Shown here: positions 29,662-38,976 of the stretch, in pieces
Position numbering within the stretch: position 1 is the stretch's first letter
Layout: the number at the start of each line of letters is the position of its first letter
From: an uncultured Verrucomicrobiae bacterium
GTDB lineage: Bacteria > Verrucomicrobiota > Verrucomicrobiia > Opitutales > JABDGR01
Direction of reading: 5' to 3'
DNA length: 64,000 nt
NCBI GenBank assembly: GCA_963765205.1
Contig: CAVXVB010000009.1
Span: 800,001-864,000 of the forward strand
The notes under the pieces: model-generated
What the model saw: the letters and a program-made list of their open reading frames with translations, nothing else
What the model was told of the DNA's origin: nothing
The model's database searches: none
Position numbers and translations under genes: made by a program

Positions 29662-29867
29662 GCACTACCAGCAATTTCTTTACTGACCCGCACCGCACCC
29701 TCAAGGAGGCTGCGGACTTGCTTGGTCTAAGTATCTCGACCCTCCGGCGGGAAAAACGTCGCGGTAAACTTCACGTTTTCGAATGGGGTGGCAATGATTG
29801 CGTTTTGGATACAGAACTCCGTTCATACTGGGAACGCAAAATCCAACAGCCGAAAAAAAAGGATTAG
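29658..29867 (+). CDS. Excisionase-like helix-turn-helix protein
   Basis: TLKEAADLLGLSISTLRREKRRGKL; immediately upstream of the integrase. Confidence 0.85.
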   Translation: MSTTSNFFTDPHRTLKEAADLLGLSISTLRREKRRGKLHVFEWGGNDCVLDTELRSYWERKIQQPKKKD

Positions 29868-29869
29868 CC

Positions 29870-31285
29870 ATGTATCTCGTCAAACCCAATGCCAGCAACC
29901 CCTACTACCGGGGCCGTTACACCCTCGGGCGCAACCCGCGCGAGTATGAGGTCTCGACGCGAACCAAAAACCGGGAGGTGGCCCGGGAACGGCTCAAGCG
30001 AATTGTTGCGGAGCATGAGCGCGAGGATGTCGGCCTGATCGCGCCCAAAGCCGTGCGCGAGGCCCAACAGCGCCCGGTCTTGGATATATTCGCTGAATTC
30101 ATTGAGGATTTGCGCAGCCAAGGGCTGAAAAACGATTACATCCGCCACGTCAAAAACCGTTTCCCCAAACTTGTGAAGGCCTGCGGCTGGAAACACCTGG
30201 CGGACATGACGCCGAAAAGCATTCAGGACTGGCGCAAGGCGAACCCGAAATACCGGGCGCGAACTATCAATCATTTTTACGACGCGGCCAATCGCTTCCG
30301 CAACTGGGTCAAGCGAACCTACGACATTCCCAACCCGATAGAAGGCGTCGGCAAGGTCAAGGTTAGCGCCCGGTATCCCGATGGCCCGCGTGCGTTCTCC
30401 AATGAAGAACTTACCCGCCTGTTCGTCGTGGCGCAGAATTGGAGGCTGCTGTATCGGCTCCTGGCCTTTACGGGGCTGCGCCGGCAAGAAGCCCGGGACC
30501 TCCAATGGGGTGACGTGGTGCTGGACGAAAATCCGCGCCTGCAACTCCGCGAGGATGCCACCAAAAGCGAGCGGGCGGACACGCTTCCCCTGCCGCCCGA
30601 GCTGGCCCGCGACCTCGCCGCCACCCGGCCCTGCTACTGGAAGCCCACGGATCGCGTGTTTCGGGAAGGCGTGGCCCGCAACCCCAAGCTCAAGAAAGAC
30701 CTCCAGGCGGCGGGCATTGAGTTGGTGGATCGCTATGGCCGTCCCCTGGGCTTCCATACTTTTCGCCGGAGTTATATCACGATGATGCACAACCTGGGCG
30801 TGCCGCCGCGTGCCGTGATGCAACTGGCCCGCCACAAAAACCCAAACCTGACCAACTGGACTTACACGGACACCACCAAACTGGACTTGCATAGCCATGT
30901 CGCCCGGCTGGAAAACTCGATTATAAAGGGGCCGGATTCAGCCCCCCCGGTTCGCCCCGATCCCAATCATCCCCCAAAAGCCGCCCCGGAGTCATCCCCA
31001 CCCCTGTCCCCCGGTCCAACCGGTAATCCGTGCCTTTCGGTGGATACGAATGGTTATGATAGAGAATCCCGGAAAATAACTTCAAGTGCAGAAGCGGCTG
31101 TATTTGAGGAGGATAGACCACCGCTGGGCACGAATGGCCACGCTGGGCCAAACGGTAAACTGGCGGAGAGGGAGGGATTCGAACCCCCGGTGGACTTTCG
31201 CCCACACAGCATTTCCAATGCTGCACATTCGGCCACTCTGTCACCTCTCCCGGTTCGGCAGGCTCATGCCGCAAAAGCAGCTTAG
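29870..31285 (+). CDS. Tyrosine integrase of element A; reading frame runs through the att core and antisense across tRNA-Ser
   Basis: TGLRRQE, ATKS, FHTFRRSY, LARH, NWTYT catalytic set; ATG 29870. Confidence 0.95.
   Translation: MYLVKPNASNPYYRGRYTLGRNPREYEVSTRTKNREVARERLKRIVAEHEREDVGLIAPKAVREAQQRPVLDIFAEFIEDLRSQGLKNDYIRHVKNRFPKLVKACGWKHLADMTPKSIQDWRKANPKYRARTINHFYDAANRFRNWVKRTYDIPNPIEGVGKVKVSARYPDGPRAFSNEELTRLFVVAQNWRLLYRLLAFTGLRRQEARDLQWGDVVLDENPRLQLREDATKSERADTLPLPPELARDLAATRPCYWKPTDRVFREGVARNPKLKKDLQAAGIELVDRYGRPLGFHTFRRSYITMMHNLGVPPRAVMQLARHKNPNLTNWTYTDTTKLDLHSHVARLENSIIKGPDSAPPVRPDPNHPPKAAPESSPPLSPGPTGNPCLSVDTNGYDRESRKITSSAEAAVFEEDRPPLGTNGHAGPNGKLAEREGFEPPVDFRPHSISNAAHSATLSPLPVRQAHAAKAA
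31161..31250 (-). tRNA. tRNA-Ser(GGA), CCA encoded
   Basis: Reverse complement GGAGAGGTGACAGAGTGGCCGAATGTGCAGCATTGGAAATGCTG...GGTTCGAATCCCTCCCTCTCCGCCA; long variable arm. Confidence 0.97.
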
Positions 31286-31568
31286 CGCACCGATGGGTGC
31301 CGGGTCAATGGATTTATGCCGGAAACGGTTCAAATTCATGGTAGAATCATGCCAGAGGGCGAGGCGCACCAAAACATTGCTTCTGGACTGCCGGGCAACA
31401 AGTGCTCCCGCCCATAAAATGCGCGTTTCCGATGGGTGGCAGGGAGTTAGGGAAAAAGCGGGGCATGAGTGATGCTTATTTCACAAAATGGTTCTTGTCG
31501 CTGGCCAAGTTTTCTCTAGCGTGGGGCGGTTCACGTTTGCGTTTGGCCGGCGCGGCTGAACTCCAACC

Positions 31569-32108
31569 ATGGTCACCAACACCGAATTTGCCTACAATAG
31601 CAAGGTGGAAGGCGAAGTGGTCGTCTCCCAAGCCGACGCCGTCATCAATTGGGTGCGGCGGCACTCGGTCTGGCCGATGCCGATGGGGCTGGCCTGCTGC
31701 GCCATTGAGTTAATGGCCGCCGGGGCCTCAAGGTTCGACATTTCGCGCTTTGGCATGGAAGTGATGCGTTTCTCGCCGCGCCAGAGCGACTGCATGATCG
31801 TGGCCGGCACCGTGACTTATAAGATGGCCGAGGTCGTACGCCGCATTTACGAGCAGATGGCGTCGCCCAAGTGGGTGGTCGCGATGGGGGCCTGCGCCTC
31901 GACCGGCGGGATGTATCGCTCTTATGCGGTTTTGCAGGGGGTGGATCGCATCGTGCCCGTGGACATTTATATCAGCGGCTGCCCGCCGCGCCCGGAAGCG
32001 CTGTTGGACGGCATGATGCTGCTCCAGGAGAAAATCCGGAAGGAACCCGGCGCCACCGGCCTCTTCAGGCCGCGGCCCAACGAACCCGTCGTCGTGGGGG
32101 CGAAATAG
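31569..32108 (+). CDS. nuoB: NADH-quinone oxidoreductase subunit B
   Basis: [30 protein letters not shown]. Confidence 0.97.
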   Translation: MVTNTEFAYNSKVEGEVVVSQADAVINWVRRHSVWPMPMGLACCAIELMAAGASRFDISRFGMEVMRFSPRQSDCMIVAGTVTYKMAEVVRRIYEQMASPKWVVAMGACASTGGMYRSYAVLQGVDRIVPVDIYISGCPPRPEALLDGMMLLQEKIRKEPGATGLFRPRPNEPVVVGAK

Positions 32109-32112
32109 CGCC

Positions 32113-32737
32113 GTGGACACGATTTTCGAGACGCTCAAGGCCAGGTTTCCCTATGTCGCGCCGCGCCCGTCGGCCGACCACCCGGCGGTCAACGTCCCCG
32201 CCGCGCAGCTGCGCGAGTTCGCCCAACGCCTGCGCGACGAGTTCGGGTATAACATGCTGCTCGATTTATGCGGCGTGGATTGGGAACCAGGAGACACCGC
32301 GCTTCGGTGTGGTTTACCAATTTTACCATGGCGGGCGGAAGACCTACTTGCGCGTCGCCACGCTGGCGCCGGACGACGCGAATCCGGCCGTGCCCTCGCT
32401 GGCCGCGCTGTATCCGGCGGCGGACTGGCACGAGCGCGAGGCCTATGACATGGTTGGCATCCGCTTTGAGGGGCACCCGCATTTGACACGCATTCTCATG
32501 TGGGAAGGCTACCCGTATCACCCGCTGCGGAAGGATTTCCCCCTCGCGGGCATCGAGACGGAACTGCCTGCCGCCGACACAGCCGCGGCAACGAAGGCTA
32601 AAGTCATCGCCGCGCCGATGATGGGCGGCCCGTTCCATTCCGCGACGGAAGCCCAGCATCACATGTCCGACGCCGAACCCCGCGCCGAAGACGAAAGCTG
32701 GACCGAGGACCAGCCGAAGCCGGGGCAAAGAGGATGA
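32113..32737 (+). CDS. nuoC: NADH-quinone oxidoreductase subunit C, frameshifted near 32282-32284
   Basis: LLDLCGVDW in one frame; RFGVVY...[36 protein letters not shown] in another. Confidence 0.92.
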
Positions 32738-32864
32738 TTTAGGAATTAAGATTTATGAATTATGAAGTAAAACCAGGGCCGCTTTTTGAACACCGCTTTC
32801 CAAACCTTCGTCATGCAGCCTTCTTTTTCTTCACTTCTGAAATCTTAAATCCTAAATCATAAAT
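32736..32864. repeat. Intergenic inverted array of ~7-nt AT-rich units
   Basis: GATTTAG GAATTAA GATTTAT GAATTAT ... AATCTTAAATCCTAAATCATAAAT. Confidence 0.6.
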
Positions 32865-32875
32865 TTTACACTACC

Positions 32876-34114
32876 GTGTCCACCTCCACCGAAATATCCC
32901 TGGGCGATGTGGGCGCGCGTGGTGCGGCCTACGCGGCGGAGCTGCCGGCTGAGCACATGACGCTCAACGTGGGGCCGTCGCACCCGACGACCCACGGCGT
33001 GCTGCGGTTGTTGCTGGAATTGGACGGCGACCGGATCATCAAGTGCGAGCCGGTTATCGGTTATTTGCACCGGGGCGACGAAAAAATCGCCGAGAACATG
33101 ACCTACAACCAGTTCGTGCCCTACACGGACCGGCTGGACTACCTGGCGCCTCTCGCCAACAACGTGGCCTATGCGCTCGCGGTGGAGAAGCTGGCCCACC
33201 TCGAAATCCCCCCGCGCTGCCAGGCCATCCGCGTCATCTGCTGCGAACTGGCCCGCATTTCCTCGCACTTTCTCGGCATTGGGGTCTTTGGCATGGACGC
33301 CGGGGCGTGGACGATTTTCATGTATACATTCACGCAGCGCGAAAAGCTGTATACGCTATTTGAGGAGCTGACCGGGGCGCGCTTCACCACCAGCTACACC
33401 CGCATTGGCGGCGTCGCGCGCGACATGCCCGAGGGCTGGCTGGGCCGCGTGAACAAGTTCTGCCAGGATGTCATTCCCGTCGTGGACGAAATTGACAAGC
33501 TGCTGTCGCGAAACAAAATTTTTGTCGAGCGCACGGAAGGCGTCGGCGTCATTTCCAAGGAGGACGCGCTGGCTTATGGGATCACGGGCGCGAACCTGCG
33601 CGCCTCGGGCGTCGAGGCCGACTTGCGCAAGGACAACCCGTATTGCGGCTACGAGAATTACGATTTCGAGGTGCCCATCGGCACGCGTGGGGACTGTTAT
33701 GACCGCTACCTTGTGCGCATCGAGGAATTGCGCCAGAGCGTACGCATCGTTCGCCAGGCTATTGAGAAAATGCCCGAAGGGGCGTGGTATGCGGAGGGCG
33801 CGAAAAAAATCTTCGCCCCGCCCAAGGGCAAAATCCTCAGCAGCATGGAGGAACTGATCCAGAATTTCATGATTGTGACGGAAGGCCCGCAAATGCCGCC
33901 TGGTGAGGTTTATTTCGAGGCAGAAAACCCCAAGGGCGCGCTGGGCTTTTACATTGTCTCCAAAGGCGGCGGCGTGCCGTATCGCCTGCACATCAAGGGG
34001 CCGAGTTTTGTCTCGCTGGGCATCCTGCCCAAAATGCTGCCCGGCCATTTGCTCACCGACACCACCGTCATCCTCGGCAGCCTCGATTTTGTGCTCGGGG
34101 AATGCGACCGCTGA
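32876..34114 (+). CDS. nuoD: NADH-quinone oxidoreductase subunit D
   Basis: NVGPSHPTTHGVLRL, GYLHRG, DRLDY, GECDR. Confidence 0.98.
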   Translation: MSTSTEISLGDVGARGAAYAAELPAEHMTLNVGPSHPTTHGVLRLLLELDGDRIIKCEPVIGYLHRGDEKIAENMTYNQFVPYTDRLDYLAPLANNVAYALAVEKLAHLEIPPRCQAIRVICCELARISSHFLGIGVFGMDAGAWTIFMYTFTQREKLYTLFEELTGARFTTSYTRIGGVARDMPEGWLGRVNKFCQDVIPVVDEIDKLLSRNKIFVERTEGVGVISKEDALAYGITGANLRASGVEADLRKDNPYCGYENYDFEVPIGTRGDCYDRYLVRIEELRQSVRIVRQAIEKMPEGAWYAEGAKKIFAPPKGKILSSMEELIQNFMIVTEGPQMPPGEVYFEAENPKGALGFYIVSKGGGVPYRLHIKGPSFVSLGILPKMLPGHLLTDTTVILGSLDFVLGECDR

Positions 34115-34116
34115 CC

Positions 34117-34620
34117 ATGAACCTTTCCACAAAAACCCTCGACTACGTCGAACGCCTGCTGCCGCGGTATCCGCAGAAGCGCAGCGCGATGCTGATGGTG
34201 CTCCATACCATCCAGGAGGATCTGGGCTACATTTCCAAGGAGGCGATGGAGTGGACGGCGCAGAAACTGGAGGTCACGCCGATCATGGTTTACGAAGTGG
34301 TCACGTTCTACCCGATGTTCCGGCTGGCGCCCATTGGCCGGCGGCATGTCAAGGTTTGCCGCACGCTTTCGTGTGCCCTGCGCGGCGCGTATAAGGTGTG
34401 CGACTCGCTGCAGGAAAACCTCGCCTGCGGCCTCGGCGAGACCTCGGCGGACGGCAATTTCACCATCGAGTTTGTCGAATGCGTCGCCGCCTGCGGCTCG
34501 GCCCCGGTGGTGATGGTGGATGACCAACTCCACGAAAACATCACCCCGGAAAAAGCCCCGGATTTCGCGGCCCAACTCAAACTCCACACCACGGCCGCGA
34601 TGCCCCCCTCGCGCCACTAA
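34117..34620 (+). CDS. nuoE: NADH-quinone oxidoreductase subunit E
   Basis: VVTFYPMF, VCRTLSC, ECVAACGSAP. Confidence 0.95.
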   Translation: MNLSTKTLDYVERLLPRYPQKRSAMLMVLHTIQEDLGYISKEAMEWTAQKLEVTPIMVYEVVTFYPMFRLAPIGRRHVKVCRTLSCALRGAYKVCDSLQENLACGLGETSADGNFTIEFVECVAACGSAPVVMVDDQLHENITPEKAPDFAAQLKLHTTAAMPPSRH

Positions 34621-34640
34621 ATATAATTTTTCATAGTTCG

Positions 34641-34667
34641 CGGACAGCTCGGAGAGCCGTCCCTACC
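34641..34667. repeat. REP-like hairpin
   Basis: GGACAGCTC-GGA-GAGCCGTCC followed by CTAC (GTAG on the minus strand). Confidence 0.55.
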
Positions 34668-34726
34668 ACGCAAAATCCATTCACCAACCAAGCACGAGAA
34701 AACCAAGCACTAGAACACTTACTTCC

Positions 34727-36100
34727 ATGCTTTCCGAACGCCGCATCATCTATCGTCATGTGGACGAGCCGGGTTACACGACCGATTTGGCGTGTTACCA
34801 GCGGCTGGGCGGCTATGAAGTGTTGCGCAAGGCCCTCCAGCGCAAGCCCGGCGAATTGGTGCAGGAAGTGAAGGACTCGGGCATCAAGGGGCGGGGCGGG
34901 GCGGGCTTTCCGACCGGCGTGAAGTGGGGTTTCCTCGATTACAAGTCCGGCAAGCCGATTTACCTGATTTGCAACGCCGATGAATCGGAGCCGGGCACCT
35001 ACAAGGACCGCCAGATCATTTATAAAGACCCGCACCAATTGATCGAGGGCGTCATCCTCTCCGCCTATGCCATCCAGGCGAAGCTCGCTTTCATTTATAT
35101 CCGCGGCGAAATGTTCGAGGGCGCAAAAATCCTCGACCGCGCCATTGACGAGGCGCGCGCGGCGAATTTTCTTGGCGAGAACATTCTCGGCTCCGGTTAT
35201 TCGGTGGAAATTATTGTGCATCGCGGCGCGGGCTGTTATATCTGCGGCGAGGAAACCGGTCTCATCGAATCGCTCGAAGGCAAGCGCGGCTACCCGCGCA
35301 TCAAGCCGCCCTATTTTCCGGCCGTGCTCGGTCTCTATAATTGCCCGACCATTGTGAACAATGTCGAGACGCTCTGCTGGGTGCGGCATATCCTGGAAAT
35401 GGGCGGCAAGGAATTCGCGAAAATCGGCGTGCCCACCGACACCGGCACGCACATCTGGGGCATCAGCGGCCACGTCGTGCGCCCCGGTTATTACGAAATC
35501 GAAGCGGGCAAGGGCACCGTGCGCGATTTGCTCTATGATTTTGGCGGCGGGCCGCCGCCCGGGCGCTCATTCAAGGCGATCATCCCCGGAGGCGTCTCCA
35601 TGAAAATTTTGCGCGTCGGCGAGAAATTCAAGGTCAAGCTACCCGACGGTTCTCCGGGCGAGTGGGGCGTGCTGGACATCCCGCTCGACGGCGGCAGTTT
35701 CAGCCAGTGCGGCACCTCCCTCGGCACTGGCGGCATGATTGTCATGGATGACACGACGGACATGGTCGAGGCCCTCGCCAATCTCAATTCCTTTTACGCG
35801 CACGAAAGTTGCGGCCAATGCACGCCGTGTCGGGAAGGCTCGCTTTGGCTCAAACGCATCACCACGCGCGTGTGCGACGGCGGCGGGCGGCTGGAGGACA
35901 TTGATTTGGTCAAGAACATCGCCGATCAAGTCGCGGGCCGCACAATTTGCGCGCACGGCGAGGCCGTCGCGTGGCCCTGCCAGAGCAACGTGCCGAAGTT
36001 CCGCGACGAATGGGAGGCGAAAATCCGCGCCCAAATCCAAGTCCGCGAACATGCCAACGGCGCCGCGCCACCGGCTCGCAAGGGCCTGCGCCTTGTTTGA
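34727..36100 (+). CDS. nuoF: NADH-quinone oxidoreductase subunit F
   Basis: GRGGAGFPTG, NADESEPG, YICGEET, ESCGQCTPCREG. Confidence 0.98.
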   Translation: MLSERRIIYRHVDEPGYTTDLACYQRLGGYEVLRKALQRKPGELVQEVKDSGIKGRGGAGFPTGVKWGFLDYKSGKPIYLICNADESEPGTYKDRQIIYKDPHQLIEGVILSAYAIQAKLAFIYIRGEMFEGAKILDRAIDEARAANFLGENILGSGYSVEIIVHRGAGCYICGEETGLIESLEGKRGYPRIKPPYFPAVLGLYNCPTIVNNVETLCWVRHILEMGGKEFAKIGVPTDTGTHIWGISGHVVRPGYYEIEAGKGTVRDLLYDFGGGPPPGRSFKAIIPGGVSMKILRVGEKFKVKLPDGSPGEWGVLDIPLDGGSFSQCGTSLGTGGMIVMDDTTDMVEALANLNSFYAHESCGQCTPCREGSLWLKRITTRVCDGGGRLEDIDLVKNIADQVAGRTICAHGEAVAWPCQSNVPKFRDEWEAKIRAQIQVREHANGAAPPARKGLRLV

Positions 36101-36128
36101 TTTTTCCCATCTTTAATTTTCCACCGCC

Positions 36129-37823
36129 ATGCCTTCGCCCAATCTTGTCACCATCAACGTGGACGGCCGCGACCTGCAGGTTCCGGCGGGAATGAACCTG
36201 ATTGACGCAATGGCCCGCCACGGGCTGGAAGTGCCGCATTATTGCTACCACCCGAAGCTCACGGTGGCGGGCAATTGCCGCATGTGTCTGGTCGAGACGG
36301 GAATGCCGATGAAAGACCGGCAGACGAACCAGATTCTGGTTGAGCCGGATGGCCGCATGAAAATCGGCTGGGGACCGAAACCCGCCGTCGCCTGCACCAC
36401 CAATTGCGCCGCGGGCTTGCATGTGCGCACGAACACGCCAGTCGTCAAGGACTGCCGCGAGGGTGTGATGGAATTCCTGCTCGTCAACCACCCGCTGGAT
36501 TGCCCGATTTGCGACCAGGCCGGCGAATGCAAGCTCCAGGAATTCGCCACCGATTATGGCCGTGGCTATAGCCGCTTCGTCGAGGAAAAGAACGTCAAGC
36601 CCAAGCGCACGCGCCTCGGGCCGCGCGTTACGCTCGACGACGAACGCTGCATCCTGTGCTCGCGCTGCGTGCGCTTCTGCTCGGAAATCGTCAAGGACAA
36701 CGTGCTCGGCTTCATTGACCGCGGCAGCCATTCCACACTGACCTGTTATCCCGGCCGCGAACTTGACAATAATTATTCGCTCAACACGGTGGACATCTGC
36801 CCTGTCGGCGCGCTCACCAGCACCGATTTCCGCTTCAAGATGCGCGTATGGTTTTTGAAGCCCACGCCCAGCATTTGCACCGAAAGCAGCGTCGGCGCCA
36901 ACACCGAGGTCTGGAGCCGCGAAGGCAAAATCTACCGCATCACCCCGCGCGACAACGACGCCGTCAATGACTGCTGGATGGCGGACAGCGGGCGCCTGCT
37001 TTACCAGCCGGTCGAGTCTCCACTGCGCATTGATTTCTTCGCGGTGGACAACGGCAAGTGCGCCGCCGGCAAGGCTCGCGCGCGCACCGCCGAACTGCTT
37101 AAAGGCGGCGGGGTGGGGTATGTCGGCTCGGCGCAGAGCAGCCTCGAAGAACAATTTCTACTCTGGAAACTCGTTAAGGCCGAACCCGGCCCGGTGTCTT
37201 TCGTCCGACATACGCGCGCTGGCGACGGTCTGTTGATTTCGAATGACGCGACTCCGAATCTCCGCGGCGCGTTCCTAACCGGCCTGCTGCGCGAGTTGCC
37301 GCAGGCCAATCTCGATGAACTGCGCGACAAGGTCGAGACCGGCGCGATTAAAACGCTGTTCGTCGTCCACGAAGACCTCGCCGCGCTCGGCTTTTCAGAA
37401 GAGGTGCTGCGCCGTGTGCAGGTGATTTACCTCGGCACTCACGCCAACCTCACCAGCGATCTCGCCCAAGTCGTGCTGCCGGGGCTGACGGTGTTCGAGA
37501 AAACCGGCAGTTTCGTGAACCAGCAATGGCGCGTGCAACGGTTTTTTCAGGCTGTGCCCGGGCCAGCGGGCGCCGTGCCGGATATGCTTTTGCTTAGCCA
37601 ACTGCTCGCCCAGATTGTTGGTGGAAGCGCCGCGCCCGTGTCGCCGGAAATCATCTGGTCGGAACTTGCCGCCGCCCTCGCGCCGCTGGCTGGGTGGACG
37701 TGGGCCGGAATCGGGATGCAAGGCCGGGTGCTGGACGGCTCGGCGTGGGCGCACATTTCCTTTGGCGAAGGCAAATCGCTGCACTACGACCCCGCGGCCC
37801 TCACCGCCGTCAAAGCCGGTTAA
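36129..37823 (+). CDS. nuoG: NADH-quinone oxidoreductase subunit G (short form)
   Basis: HYCYHPKL..AGNCRMC, NHPLDCPICDQAGEC, RCILCSRCVRFC. Confidence 0.95.
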   Translation: MPSPNLVTINVDGRDLQVPAGMNLIDAMARHGLEVPHYCYHPKLTVAGNCRMCLVETGMPMKDRQTNQILVEPDGRMKIGWGPKPAVACTTNCAAGLHVRTNTPVVKDCREGVMEFLLVNHPLDCPICDQAGECKLQEFATDYGRGYSRFVEEKNVKPKRTRLGPRVTLDDERCILCSRCVRFCSEIVKDNVLGFIDRGSHSTLTCYPGRELDNNYSLNTVDICPVGALTSTDFRFKMRVWFLKPTPSICTESSVGANTEVWSREGKIYRITPRDNDAVNDCWMADSGRLLYQPVESPLRIDFFAVDNGKCAAGKARARTAELLKGGGVGYVGSAQSSLEEQFLLWKLVKAEPGPVSFVRHTRAGDGLLISNDATPNLRGAFLTGLLRELPQANLDELRDKVETGAIKTLFVVHEDLAALGFSEEVLRRVQVIYLGTHANLTSDLAQVVLPGLTVFEKTGSFVNQQWRVQRFFQAVPGPAGAVPDMLLLSQLLAQIVGGSAAPVSPEIIWSELAAALAPLAGWTWAGIGMQGRVLDGSAWAHISFGEGKSLHYDPAALTAVKAG

Positions 37824-37841
37824 TTTTCTTTCCTCTCCTTC

Positions 37842-38954
37842 ATGCTGCAACTGTTAATCTACCTTGTTTTGCACGCCATCTACGCGCTGCTGGTCATCAG
37901 CGTGCTGATGGGCATGTGCGCGTATGCGGTGTTGGCGGAGCGCAAGATCAGCAGTTGGATCCAAAACCGCGTCGGCCCGAATCGCACGCAACTGCCCATC
38001 CTCGCCTATATTCCCGTGGCCGGGACCATGCTCCAGCGCATTGGTTTTTCGCAGCCCATGGCTGATGGATTGAAATTTTTGTTCAAGGAAGATGTGGTGC
38101 CTGGGCATGTGAAGAAGTTTTACTATACGCTCGCGCCCTGCCTTTCGCTCGTGGCGGCCCTGACCACTTGCACAGTGCTGCCGTTTGGGCTGTGGTGGTC
38201 GGAAGACGCAAAACACAATCTGGTGGAGCAACCGCTCGTGCTGGCCAATCTCGACATCGGCCTGCTCTTCATCCTGGCGATCAGCTCGCTCGGGGTTTAC
38301 GGGCTGGTGCTGGCGGGCTGGGCGTCGAACAGCAAATACCCGTTCCTCGGCGGCATCCGCGCCTCGGCGCAGTTGATTTCCTACGAACTGGCGATGGGCG
38401 TCGCGCTGCTGCCCGTGTTCCTCTGGTCGAGCCGGCCCGGCGTGGACAGCCCGCTGAATTTGTATCGCATCGTGCAGGCGCAAGACGGTTTATGGCTGTG
38501 CATTTGGCAGCCCATCTCCGCGCTGGTTTTTCTGATTTGTATTTTTGCCGAGACGAACCGCCTGCCCTTCGATATGGCGGAGTCGGAGACCGATCTGGTC
38601 GGCGGTTTCCACACAGAATACGGCAGCTTCAAATTCGGGTTTTTCTTCATCGCGGAATACGCCCACATGATCGTCGGTTCGGCGGTGTTCGTCGTGCTCT
38701 TCTTCGGCGGCTGGAACTTTTTTCCCGGCCTGGCCGACCCCTGGCCGCACAACCTCCTCGGCTCGGTGCTCACCATCGTCTGGTTTTTGGCCAAAGTGGT
38801 TTGCTTCGTCTTCTTTTTCATCTGGATTCGCTGGACCCTCCCGCGTTTCCGCTACGACCAGGTAATGAAGCTCGGCTGGAACGTCCTGCTGCCGCTGGCG
38901 GTGGCGAACTTTGCCGCCTACCTCATTTTCTTCGCCCTCTTCCCCAATCTTTAA
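37842..38954 (+). CDS. nuoH: NADH-quinone oxidoreductase subunit H
   Basis: ERKISSWIQNRVGP, ADGLKFLFKE, AETNRLPFD, PRFRYDQ. Confidence 0.97.
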   Translation: MLQLLIYLVLHAIYALLVISVLMGMCAYAVLAERKISSWIQNRVGPNRTQLPILAYIPVAGTMLQRIGFSQPMADGLKFLFKEDVVPGHVKKFYYTLAPCLSLVAALTTCTVLPFGLWWSEDAKHNLVEQPLVLANLDIGLLFILAISSLGVYGLVLAGWASNSKYPFLGGIRASAQLISYELAMGVALLPVFLWSSRPGVDSPLNLYRIVQAQDGLWLCIWQPISALVFLICIFAETNRLPFDMAESETDLVGGFHTEYGSFKFGFFFIAEYAHMIVGSAVFVVLFFGGWNFFPGLADPWPHNLLGSVLTIVWFLAKVVCFVFFFIWIRWTLPRFRYDQVMKLGWNVLLPLAVANFAAYLIFFALFPNL

Positions 38955-38976
38955 CCGCCTCCCCCGCGCAACCACC

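Larger units (their letters stand above)
24953..31187. mobile_element. Element A: ~6.2 kb integrative rolling-circle element (int, xis-like, HUH Rep, cargo) in tRNA-Ser
   Basis: Bounded by tRNA-Ser and its 3' fragment; 22-bp direct repeats near both ends (25035-25056, 30995-31016; 20/22 match); intact integrase. Confidence 0.9.

Noticed and set aside
24953..31187. Element A as a complete inovirus or microvirus prophage
   Set aside because: No Zot/pI ATPase, small coat proteins or capsid gene
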